64,000 nt of DNA from an uncultured Erysipelotrichaceae bacterium (GTDB lineage: Bacteria; Bacillota_I; Bacilli_A; Erysipelotrichales; Erysipelotrichaceae): NCBI GenBank assembly GCA_944326795.1, contig CALVFJ010000001.1, positions 16,795 through 80,794 on the forward strand, read 5' to 3'. The notes beneath the pieces were generated by a model. That model ran no database searches. It had not been told where the DNA came from and saw only the letters and a list, made by a program, of their open reading frames with translations. Every line of letters starts with the position of its first letter. Position 1 is the stretch's first letter. This document shows, piece after piece, positions 24,831 to 33,457 of the stretch. A program made the position numbers and the translations under genes.

Positions 24831-26885
24831 ATGAGTAAGAAAAAAAAGAATAAGTTTATTACTAAAGATATTTTGTTATCAAGCATAAAGGAATCATTTG
24901 TTAAATTGAATCCTGTTTATATGATTAAAAATCCTGTAATGTTTGTTGTAGAAATTGGCTTTTTCATTAGTTTGGTCTTAGTTTTTTTTCCTCATCTATT
25001 TAATGATGAAGGAAATAATTTGAGTTTATATAATGCAATAGTGGCATTTGTGTTATTTTTTACCATTCTATTTGCAAACTTTGCTGAAGCTGTTGCAGAA
25101 GGTCGAGGCAAAGCCCAAGCTGAGACATTAAAGAAAACAAAAAAAGATACTCAAGCTCGCTTGATATTAGATGATGGAAGCGAAAAGATGATCTCAGCTT
25201 CCGAATTGAAAAAAGGAGATATCGTATTAATAAATGCAGGTGAGATTATTCCAAATGATGGCGAAATCATTGAGGGCATTGCCAGTATTGATGAATCCGC
25301 AATTACGGGTGAATCTGCTCCGGTATTAAAAGAAAGCGGGGGAGATTTTGCTTCAGTAACAGGAGGAACAACGGTTGTATCTGATTGGATCAAAGTTGAA
25401 ATTACTTCTGAGCCTGGAAATTCATTCTTGGATAAGATGATTGCTTTGGTTGAAGGTGCATCAAGGCAAAAGACCCCAAATGAAATTGCCTTGAACACAT
25501 TGTTGGTTTCATTAACTATCATCTTTTTGATCGTGATCGTTACATTATATCCATTTGCAATCTATTCAGGTGTTAAATTACAAATTTCAACTTTAGTAGC
25601 TTTGATGGTTTGCTTGATCCCTACGACGATCGGAGCACTGTTAAGCGCGATTGGTATAGCCGGTATGGATAGGGTTACAAGATTTAATGTCATTGCAATG
25701 AGCGGTAAAGCAGTTGAGGCTTGCGGTGATGTTGATACGATGATCCTAGACAAAACAGGTACCATTACTTTCGGAAATCGCTTGGCTAGTGACTTCATAG
25801 CTGTTGATGGCGTTGAAAAAGCAAAATTGATTGATAATGCATTTTTAGCTTCTTTTAAAGATGATACGCCAGAAGGAAAATCAACGGTTGATCTTGCACG
25901 GAAATTAGGCTGTAAAATAGATGCTGAACAATATCCGGACGTTGAATTTATTGAGTTTAGCGCTGCAACTAAGATGAGCGGCATTAATTATAATGGCCAT
26001 AAAATCAGAAAGGGAGCAGGTGATGCTATTGCTAAATATATCAAAGAACGGCAAGGAAAGATTCCTGCTGATCTAAGGGCTAAGGTTGATGAAATTTCAA
26101 AATTAGGAGGCACACCGCTAATTGTATGCTTAGATAATATGATCTTAGGTGTTATTTATTTAAAAGATACTGTAAAACCTGGATTGGTAGAAAGATTTGA
26201 AAGGTTAAGAGCTATTGGTATCAAAACAATCATGTGTACTGGTGATAATCCTTTAACTGCTGCAACGATTGCTGCGGAAGCTGGGGTTGACGGATATATT
26301 GCTGAATGTAAACCTGAAGATAAGATCAAGGCAATCAAAAAAGAACAATCAGAAGGTAAGATAGTTGCCATGACCGGCGATGGTACAAACGATGCTCCAG
26401 CTTTGGCGCAAGCTGATGTTGGTTTAGCGATGAATTCAGGAACATCTGCAGCCAAGGAAGCCGCTAATATGGTTGATTTAGATAGTGATCCAACAAAGAT
26501 TCTGGAAGTAGTAGAAATTGGTAAACAATTACTAATCACGCGTGGATCGTTAACAACATTTTCTATTGCAAATGATGTTGCAAAATATTTTGCAATCATT
26601 CCAGCCATGTTCACCGTGGCGATTCCACAGATCAAAGTATTAAATATCATGAATTTATCTACTCCTTCAAGCGCTATCTTATCCGCATTGATCTTTAACG
26701 CTCTTATCATTCCTTGCTTGATCCCTTTAGCAATGAGAGGCGTAAAATATAAACCTATGAGCGCAAGCAAGATGTTGGGAAGAAATATGCTGATTTATGG
26801 ATTAGGCGGTGTTATTTGTCCATTTATCGGAATTAAATTAATTGATCTGATCATTGCGCCAATCTTGATCATGTTAGGCATATAG
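24831..26885 (+). CDS. kdpB: K+-transporting P-type ATPase subunit B
   Basis: DKTGTIT phosphorylation site, [22 protein letters not shown]. The length and N-terminus are typical of KdpB. Confidence 0.95.
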   Translation: MSKKKKNKFITKDILLSSIKESFVKLNPVYMIKNPVMFVVEIGFFISLVLVFFPHLFNDEGNNLSLYNAIVAFVLFFTILFANFAEAVAEGRGKAQAETLKKTKKDTQARLILDDGSEKMISASELKKGDIVLINAGEIIPNDGEIIEGIASIDESAITGESAPVLKESGGDFASVTGGTTVVSDWIKVEITSEPGNSFLDKMIALVEGASRQKTPNEIALNTLLVSLTIIFLIVIVTLYPFAIYSGVKLQISTLVALMVCLIPTTIGALLSAIGIAGMDRVTRFNVIAMSGKAVEACGDVDTMILDKTGTITFGNRLASDFIAVDGVEKAKLIDNAFLASFKDDTPEGKSTVDLARKLGCKIDAEQYPDVEFIEFSAATKMSGINYNGHKIRKGAGDAIAKYIKERQGKIPADLRAKVDEISKLGGTPLIVCLDNMILGVIYLKDTVKPGLVERFERLRAIGIKTIMCTGDNPLTAATIAAEAGVDGYIAECKPEDKIKAIKKEQSEGKIVAMTGDGTNDAPALAQADVGLAMNSGTSAAKEAANMVDLDSDPTKILEVVEIGKQLLITRGSLTTFSIANDVAKYFAIIPAMFTVAIPQIKVLNIMNLSTPSSAILSALIFNALIIPCLIPLAMRGVKYKPMSASKMLGRNMLIYGLGGVICPFIGIKLIDLIIAPILIMLGI

Positions 26886-26894
26886 GAGAAAATT

Positions 26895-27518
26895 ATGAAA
26901 GATTTTTTGAAAAGATTTAAAACGGCATTTATCTTTACCATAGGCATGTGTGTTATATGCGGCTTTGTATATCCAATGTTTTTAACTGCAACATCACAAA
27001 TTTTTTTCCATGATCAAGCTAATGGTAGCAAGATCGAAGTTAATGGAGAGGTTGTTGCTAGTGAATTCGTTGGTCAAGATTTTACTGATGAAAGATTATT
27101 CCATTGTCGACCTTCAGCATATAACTATAATACTTATACGTTAGAACAGCTTGAAAGTGGTGAATATGCAGGGTTAAGCAGTGGAAGCAATAACTATGCT
27201 CCAAGCAATCCTGCTTTAGAAAAAAGAATTTCTGATGAAGTAAAAACATTTATGGATGAAAATCCTACTGTTAAATTAGACGATATTCCAAGCGATATCG
27301 TTACGGCTTCGGGATCTGGCTTGGATCCACATATTTCTGTTGAAGCAGCCATGGTTCAGGTTGATCGCATCGTAGCTAATACTGATTTAACAAATGAAGA
27401 AGTTATTTCTTTGATTGAAAAAAATACCGAGCATAAAATATTAGGTATCTTTGGTGAGGATAAAGTGAATATTGTATTATTAAATTTAGATTTGGCAAAG
27501 GAAATTGGAATGATCTAA
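26895..27518 (+). CDS. kdpC: K+-transporting ATPase subunit C
   Basis: N-terminal TM helix, with ASGSGLDPHIS and LNLDL motifs typical of KdpC. Confidence 0.9.
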   Translation: MKDFLKRFKTAFIFTIGMCVICGFVYPMFLTATSQIFFHDQANGSKIEVNGEVVASEFVGQDFTDERLFHCRPSAYNYNTYTLEQLESGEYAGLSSGSNNYAPSNPALEKRISDEVKTFMDENPTVKLDDIPSDIVTASGSGLDPHISVEAAMVQVDRIVANTDLTNEEVISLIEKNTEHKILGIFGEDKVNIVLLNLDLAKEIGMI

Positions 27519-27796
27519 TCATCTAAAAGCTTATTGCTTGCATGATATACAGATAATTAATATTTTTGATATTATTTATGTTATGATCCTAAGCAAAATA
27601 TCCATGAAAATGTATTAAAAATATATCGGATATGCATCATATGCACTATAAATATCATTATCCATGCCTTACAAAATGATTGCCTAATATAAAATTGTAG
27701 ATGAATGATCTTGTTGGTAAAAAAGTTCATGTAATATCTAGGCTTTCAATGATTTTTGGATATGAAGCTCAGAAAATTTTCTTGGAGGTAAATGGT

Positions 27797-28155
27797 ATGA
27801 GATTTAATAGCTTGAATCCTGAGCTAACCGTAAAAGATATAAATGTTACAAAAAGATCCTATTTGGAACTGTTAGGTTTTAAATTAGAATATGAAAAAAA
27901 GAAGATAAATCTATTTTTGTATTATTTGAAGGTTTGCAAATGATGTTTGAACAGTTGCATGCTGAGGAATGGAACTATCCATATGGGCGTGGAGTTAACT
28001 TTTCTATTACAACAGCTAATATTGATGGCTTATACCAACGCTTGCTTGCATATGATCATCCCTTATATCGTCTATTGATGGTCAATAGCTATGAGGCTGA
28101 TGGTAGCATGATCATCCAGAAAGAATTTCTTGTTCAGGATCCCGATACCTTTTAA
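27797..28155 (+). pseudogene. VOC (glyoxalase/bleomycin-resistance) family gene disrupted by a frameshift in an A7 run
   Basis: Frame 1 reads MRFNSLNPELTVKDINVTKRSYLELLGFKLEYEKK, then becomes junk and stops at 27943. The other frame is open from 27895 and continues KKEDKSIFVLFEGLQMMFEQLHAEEW...FLVQDPD, a continuous VOC-fold sequence. The switch point is the A7 run at 27894-27900. Confidence 0.65.
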
Positions 28156-28204
28156 GATTTACAGAATAGTATTAAAAAATGTTCATGATTTTATATGTGA
28201 TAAA

Positions 28205-28234
28205 AAGCAGGTTATTTAACATAACTTGCTTTTT
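28205..28234 (+). terminator. Terminator downstream of the VOC pseudogene
   Basis: AAGCAGGTTAT-TTAAC-ATAACTTGCTT (one G.U pair) followed by TTTT. Confidence 0.5.
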
Positions 28235-28300
28235 GTGGTTTAGGAAAAGTAAAAGATGCTTATTGTATTTATCAAGAAGCATCTTTGTAAAAGAAAAATT

Positions 28301-29353
28301 TTAAATTATTTGTTTGTTAGTATCGATGATCTCTTGATATTTAAATTTAGAAGGTAAGATATCAAAGAGAGTTTCCGTCAAGCGATAACAAAATGCAGGT
28401 GCTAAGATCAAGGTAATGCTAAGCATAGCAGCTGACAATAATCGATATGCACCATGGCGCTTATGACTGATGATAAATTCTACTCTTTTGATGATATTTG
28501 TTTTATTGTTATCAGAAAAAGAGATTAGATCGATGTCGGGAGCTTGTTGGATATTTTTTAAGCAATAGCGCATTAATTTGATAAGCGCTATTTTTTCAGC
28601 TTTGGACATCGTGGTGGTCATTCTTTCGTCGTTTGCAAGTTCACATGAAAATAATAAGGTATCAGCATATGTTTTGATAAAAGGGTTGTACCAAAAGATC
28701 AGCTTGTAGAAATTTGCAAGTTTGATGAAAAACAAATCGTGATATTTATAATGATATAATTCATGTTCGATCAAAAGTAACAATTGATCTTTGGTGTAAT
28801 CATGTTCAGGTATAAGGATTGTTGGATATTCTAATTGTACTAGACATGGTTTTTGGATATAGCTGTTGCGACAGATAGTGATGCGTGCTTGAATGTTTAG
28901 TTTTGTCTTAACTTTTTTTAACAAGTAAAATAATTCTTTGGGATAGCGGTTAGCTCTTTCGATCTTATTTAAAAGATCATTTGATTTATAGTAATGATAA
29001 AGCGTTAACAGCAAACATGAAAAGAATAAAACAAATAGCAAAGCATATACCGATAAACGCAAATATGGATCGCTTAGCTCCTGTAAGAAGTGATTGGTCA
29101 AACGAACATTATATTTAGCGTAGATTAGCTTATTTTTGAATAATTCACCATAGAGATAATCTTTTCCGATAAAAATGAGGATAAAAAATAAGGGAAAGGT
29201 AAAAAAGGTACCGATGAATTTTAAGATATTGCAATATGTGATTGCAGAAAAAGCAATAAGGTATCTTTGCAAGATCTTGATGCTAAGAAATAAAACGCTA
29301 ATGATTATATTTAAGATCAATAAAATGTAGATTGGTGCTAGATTATTCAGCAT
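28301..29353 (-). CDS. BlaR1/MecR1-type M56 membrane metalloprotease without an extracellular sensor domain
   Basis: Polytopic N-terminus. The HEXXH motif HELYH (28751-28765) sits in the IEHELYHYKYHD context typical of M56. The protein is only 350 aa and ends shortly after the last TM helix, so it has no PBP/beta-lactam sensor domain. Confidence 0.8.
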   Translation of the reverse strand: MLNNLAPIYILLILNIIISVLFLSIKILQRYLIAFSAITYCNILKFIGTFFTFPLFFILIFIGKDYLYGELFKNKLIYAKYNVRLTNHFLQELSDPYLRLSVYALLFVLFFSCLLLTLYHYYKSNDLLNKIERANRYPKELFYLLKKVKTKLNIQARITICRNSYIQKPCLVQLEYPTILIPEHDYTKDQLLLLIEHELYHYKYHDLFFIKLANFYKLIFWYNPFIKTYADTLLFSCELANDERMTTTMSKAEKIALIKLMRYCLKNIQQAPDIDLISFSDNNKTNIIKRVEFIISHKRHGAYRLLSAAMLSITLILAPAFCYRLTETLFDILPSKFKYQEIIDTNKQII

Positions 29354-29720
29354 CTTCGTATTTTTTAATCAAGGCATCGATCTCATCAGCAGCTTCATTT
29401 CGGGTTTTTTCATCATCGATAAATCCCAAAAGGATATCGGTATAGGTCTTGTTTTCATGCTTTAAAAGGATATTGTTTAAATATTGTTTCAAGTATTCGC
29501 TTTTGCTTATAGATAACCAATACATCGTGCCGTCGATATTTTGCTTGGATATCAAACCTTTTGCTTCTAAACGCATTAGAAAAACGGAGATCGAACTATT
29601 TTTCCATTGATTTGGGTATGCATCTTGAATAGTAGTGAAGATGGCTTTTTTATTGATCTTATTATGATGCTTCCAAAATAGTTGTAATATCATTGATTCT
29701 GAATGGGAAACGCTTTTCAT
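29343..29720 (-). CDS. BlaI/MecI/CopY-family transcriptional repressor
   Basis: 125 aa. The winged-helix N-terminus SESMILQLFW...NSSISVFLMRLEAKGLI matches the family. It overlaps the downstream M56 gene by 11 nt. Confidence 0.85.
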   Translation of the reverse strand: MKSVSHSESMILQLFWKHHNKINKKAIFTTIQDAYPNQWKNSSISVFLMRLEAKGLISKQNIDGTMYWLSISKSEYLKQYLNNILLKHENKTYTDILLGFIDDEKTRNEAADEIDALIKKYEDAE

Positions 29721-29840
29721 GTTATAACCTCCTTATACTACAATAATACAACATATATGTAGAAATATCAATTTATGCCAATTAAATTAAGGATAAAGGA
29801 AAAAATTGGACTATTTATATCGTGAAAATAGGAGGCCAAG

Positions 29841-31667
29841 ATGCGAAAGATCAGAAAATTAGTATTATTGCTGATGGTGGTATTGATGATGACATGCGTG
29901 ATTAATGCTGAAGATAATCAAGAAAATGATGTAAGAACAGGAAGCATTACATTATATAAATTAGTATCTAAGGATGGAGCATTTAAAGATGGCAATGGAT
30001 ATGAACAAGATATAAGCGATGTTGGAAATGAACCATTAGCAGGTGTAACTTTTAAATACCTAAAAGTAGGTGAAATGAAACAAGTGGATAATGATGATCG
30101 TGATATTAGTGGGCTATATTATCTTTTAAATGCGGATTTTAAAGCTTGGCTATCTCAGCACAACATAACGACTGAGTATACGACGATCGATAAGGTTGAT
30201 TATGTTAGCGCTGAAGCAGCTAATAAGATCATGAAAGATCTAAATACGTTAACGGTTGCATATGGGCAAGATGATGGAAGTCAAAGCGGAAATGAATTGT
30301 TAAAAGCCTATGTTGATGCCAAAGGAACAGCGATGCCTGTGACTGATGATCAAGGCAAAACACAAGTAGATAACTTAGAAGTTGGTTTATATCTAATTGT
30401 CGAGATGGATATTCCTGCAAAGGTTAGTGATGGAATTGGCGCTAATGTTGCTAAGGAAAGCCGACCTTTTTTTATTAGCTTACCAATGACCAATCTGACG
30501 ATGATCGATGGACATCCTGCTGGATCGATGTGGCAGTATGATGTTATTGCTTATCCCAAAAATGAAATGATCACGATCCGTAAGGATATCATTGCTAACG
30601 GTAATGATGTTTTAGATGGGGCAGATGCCAACGGATTGGTGCAAAAAACTGATAAGAATGTAGGAGATAATATTTCATTCTTGCTTAGTATAGATGTACC
30701 GATGTTGCAGCCGATGGCCGATGGTGTTCCTAATACTAATCGAAAATTTATTGTTAAGGATAATTTGAGTGATGGATTAATAATTGATGATCATAGCGCT
30801 AATAATTTTGAAGTTTCATTAGGAACGGATAATTACAATGGAGATGGGAATACAATGCTGGAATATGGCACTCATTATGTAATAGAAGGTAAGGATACTA
30901 GTTTCGTATTGACCCTGACCGAAGTTGGATTGGATAAATTGAATCAGATCAGTGCGGATTCAAAGTTATATGTAAGATATCAAGCAAGATTAACTAAAGA
31001 TGCTGTTAAAGATAATGGTGCTATTAAAGAAGAAAGCAATGCTTTTACCTTGACTTATGGGACCAGTGTTTCAGCGGATAAGGAATTTGCTTCTAACCAA
31101 GATATCAGGGTTTATACCTATGAGATCGATATCAAAAAGAGCTTTAGTCATGAAGTAGATGATATCAGTCAGGTTAGCTTTAAAGTAGCATATCAACAAA
31201 ATGATGGAATTTATCAACCATTGCGTTTTGTCAAAGAAACAGCAGGTATCTATCATCTACAAGACAAGGCTGAAACAGGTGTTGATACGATCAATCCTGA
31301 TGCTCAAGGCAATCTTATCATCAAAGGTTTGGATGATGGCACATATGAATTTAAAGAAGCATCGACTATTCCTGGTTTTAATCTATTGCGTGACCCTATC
31401 TATGTAACACTGAAAAAAGCTTATCCTGAAGACGGTACCTTGCAGCAAGCATCAGTGCAAAGCAAAAATAGCGAAAAGATGATGCTTGAGGAAGGATTAG
31501 CACAGGGGATAGCCAGATTTGAAATTCGTAATAATGAAACGATTGCCATCTTGCATACAGGCGGCGATGGAAGGGATATCTTTGCAGCAATATTAGGGGT
31601 AATGATGATCTTTGGTGGGACGGTGATCATCTTGAATAAGAAAACTTATGAAAAAAAGAAGGATTAA
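29841..31667 (+). CDS. Major pilin (backbone) subunit with YPKN pilin motif, E-box and C-terminal sorting signal
   Basis: Signal peptide. WQYDVIAYPKN pilin motif (YPKN at 30552-30563). E-box-like YEFKEASTIPGF. The C-terminus is ILHTGG (31548-31565) followed by a hydrophobic helix and a KK-rich tail. Confidence 0.8.
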   Translation: MRKIRKLVLLLMVVLMMTCVINAEDNQENDVRTGSITLYKLVSKDGAFKDGNGYEQDISDVGNEPLAGVTFKYLKVGEMKQVDNDDRDISGLYYLLNADFKAWLSQHNITTEYTTIDKVDYVSAEAANKIMKDLNTLTVAYGQDDGSQSGNELLKAYVDAKGTAMPVTDDQGKTQVDNLEVGLYLIVEMDIPAKVSDGIGANVAKESRPFFISLPMTNLTMIDGHPAGSMWQYDVIAYPKNEMITIRKDIIANGNDVLDGADANGLVQKTDKNVGDNISFLLSIDVPMLQPMADGVPNTNRKFIVKDNLSDGLIIDDHSANNFEVSLGTDNYNGDGNTMLEYGTHYVIEGKDTSFVLTLTEVGLDKLNQISADSKLYVRYQARLTKDAVKDNGAIKEESNAFTLTYGTSVSADKEFASNQDIRVYTYEIDIKKSFSHEVDDISQVSFKVAYQQNDGIYQPLRFVKETAGIYHLQDKAETGVDTINPDAQGNLIIKGLDDGTYEFKEASTIPGFNLLRDPIYVTLKKAYPEDGTLQQASVQSKNSEKMMLEEGLAQGIARFEIRNNETIAILHTGGDGRDIFAAILGVMMIFGGTVIILNKKTYEKKKD

Positions 31668-32496
31668 GAAAAAAGTGTGGCTGATCATAGGTTCGTTAGG
31701 GATATATCTAGGATACCTATTGCTGGTATGGCCTTATATCTGTGATCAATATGCTCGGATCTTTCAAACTTCTTGGCTTGCTGCATATGATGAACATTTA
31801 AATATTGTCGATAACGCTGAGCTAAATGAAATTAAGGAACGTTGTCAAAAATATAATGAAAAGATCTATCTTCAGCAGCAAGATAATCAATATCGTTATA
31901 GTTCTGCCTTAGGCTATGATCAAGAATATCTATCATTGCCTTGGAACGGTGAAAAGGTTTTAGCTGCAATCATCATTCCTAAGATCAATGTTAATTTGCC
32001 GATAGGACATGGAACAGCGGATGATACGCTACAAGTTATGGCTGGACATTTATATGGCACCTCATTGCCAAGCGGTGGCAAAGACACACATGCCGTAGTT
32101 GCTGCACATTCTGGACTGCGTAGCAGTGAACTTTTTTCGCGCTTGGATGAACTTACCATCGGCGATGAAATTCAGATCAAGATATTTGATGAGCTTCATT
32201 TTTATAAAGTTGAACAGATAAAAGTGGTGTTGCCAGATGAGTGCGATCAATATCTGCAGATCATCCCTCATGAAGATCTTATAACTTTATATACCTGTAC
32301 CCCATATGGAATCAATAGTCATCGCTTATTGATAAGAGCAAAACGAAGCTTTGGGAATGATAAGGAACTAGTAAACAACATCACGCTAGCAAATGACAAA
32401 TGGAAACATTTGTTGATCATTGGAGCAATCGTTTCGCTTCCGCTAGGCGGTATGTTAGTTTTTGTTATGAGGAAAAGGAGGATGGGTGATGCTTAA
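31648..32496 (+). CDS. srtC: Class C (pilin-polymerising) sortase
   Basis: VVAAHSG catalytic His block and TLYTCTPYGINSHRLLIRAKR (TLxTC...R), plus N- and C-terminal TM helices. It overlaps the pilin stop by 20 nt. Confidence 0.9.
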   Translation: MKKRRIKKKVWLIIGSLGIYLGYLLLVWPYICDQYARIFQTSWLAAYDEHLNIVDNAELNEIKERCQKYNEKIYLQQQDNQYRYSSALGYDQEYLSLPWNGEKVLAAIIIPKINVNLPIGHGTADDTLQVMAGHLYGTSLPSGGKDTHAVVAAHSGLRSSELFSRLDELTIGDEIQIKIFDELHFYKVEQIKVVLPDECDQYLQIIPHEDLITLYTCTPYGINSHRLLIRAKRSFGNDKELVNNITLANDKWKHLLIIGAIVSLPLGGMLVFVMRKRRMGDA

Positions 32497-33457
32497 GCTA
32501 CTATTGGTTTGTTTTTGGCTATTAAGGCCGATGGTATCTGAAACATTAGCCATAAATGATGAAAAAGCCCAGATCGTCATTAATTATTTTGATGATAATG
32601 CGCAAAAGGTTCCAGTTAGTGGTTCAAGCTGGATCTTGGTTAAAGTAGCGCGGATCGTTACTGAAGCGGATGATAAGATCGATGGTTTGAAGATCATTTC
32701 ATTGGTTGATGGCTTAAAGATCGATAAAAATAGTGAGATTGAGGAAATTTTACAACATCTTGAACTTACCAAGCAGGATGAATCTCATCAAAAAGTGATG
32801 AATATCAAGGGCCTTGAAGTGTATGAAAAGATAACAAATGACCAAGGTCAGATCATTTTTGATGATCTAGAACCAGGCGTATATCTGGGGCTTGAGCAAA
32901 GCGCAGCAGCTTATCATTTATGTGCTGAACCATTTTTGCTCAGTGTGCCAGCAACCAAAGATGGCGTAGAAAGTGATATGGATCAAACGGTAGAACCTAA
33001 AGCTGTTTTGGGTGGTAATTTGCGTATCAGCAAAAAAGCTAGCGGTAATGCAGTTGATCGTCAAGAAAGATTTGCCATGATGATCGAGATCCCATCAGGG
33101 ACATATCGTTATCGCTTTGCTGATGGTCAAACAGGATATATCAGCGCTCATCAGCAATTATTAGTAAATGTTGATAATGATGTCATCATTTATGATGTCT
33201 TAGCTAACCAAGAATACAAGGTTTATGAAGTAAAGGCAAATCAAGATGGTTATAAGACCATCTATCAGCAAAATGAAGGAATGATCATGGCGAAGCAGGA
33301 GGTATCAGCAACGATCATCAATGAGCGCAGTTACCACGATGAGGTAGATACCAAGGTAGCAAGCATGATCGATCTTGCTTTGGGTTTGTGGGTGTTATCG
33401 ATCATAGTTATCTTAGGCTTGGGTTTTTTGGATAAAAGCAAGGAGCATAAACGATGA
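32489..33457 (+). CDS. Small pilin-like subunit (candidate minor/basal pilin) with a C-terminal TM anchor
   Basis: Signal peptide. E-box-like LEPGVYLGLEQSAAAYHL, an Ig-like repeat character, and a C-terminal hydrophobic helix with a KSKEHKR tail. I see no LPXTG-like motif. ATG at 32489 lies 7 nt after AAAAGGAGG. Confidence 0.55.
   Translation: MLKLLLVCFWLLRPMVSETLAINDEKAQIVINYFDDNAQKVPVSGSSWILVKVARIVTEADDKIDGLKIISLVDGLKIDKNSEIEEILQHLELTKQDESHQKVMNIKGLEVYEKITNDQGQIIFDDLEPGVYLGLEQSAAAYHLCAEPFLLSVPATKDGVESDMDQTVEPKAVLGGNLRISKKASGNAVDRQERFAMMIEIPSGTYRYRFADGQTGYISAHQQLLVNVDNDVIIYDVLANQEYKVYEVKANQDGYKTIYQQNEGMIMAKQEVSATIINERSYHDEVDTKVASMIDLALGLWVLSIIVILGLGFLDKSKEHKR

Noticed and set aside
25151-26770. 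Long antisense ORFs inside kdpB (25151..25522, 25562..25984, 26156..26770). Similar antisense ORFs lie inside adhE, the ATPase, pheS/pheT and the adhesin.
   Set aside because: They are mirror-frame artefacts opposite strongly supported genes. They have low-complexity or hydrophobic junk translations and no RBS.
27701-27796. Upstream extension of the VOC ORF (MNDLVGKKVHVISRL...)
   Set aside because: It has no resemblance to the VOC fold, and a good GGAGG RBS precedes the internal ATG at 27797.
14772-28300. Integrative element with att repeats derived from the tRNA-Gly 3' end
   Set aside because: I found no integrase, recombinase or transposase ORF and no direct repeat of the tRNA 3' end by eye. 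I report it only as an accessory block, not as a mobile element.
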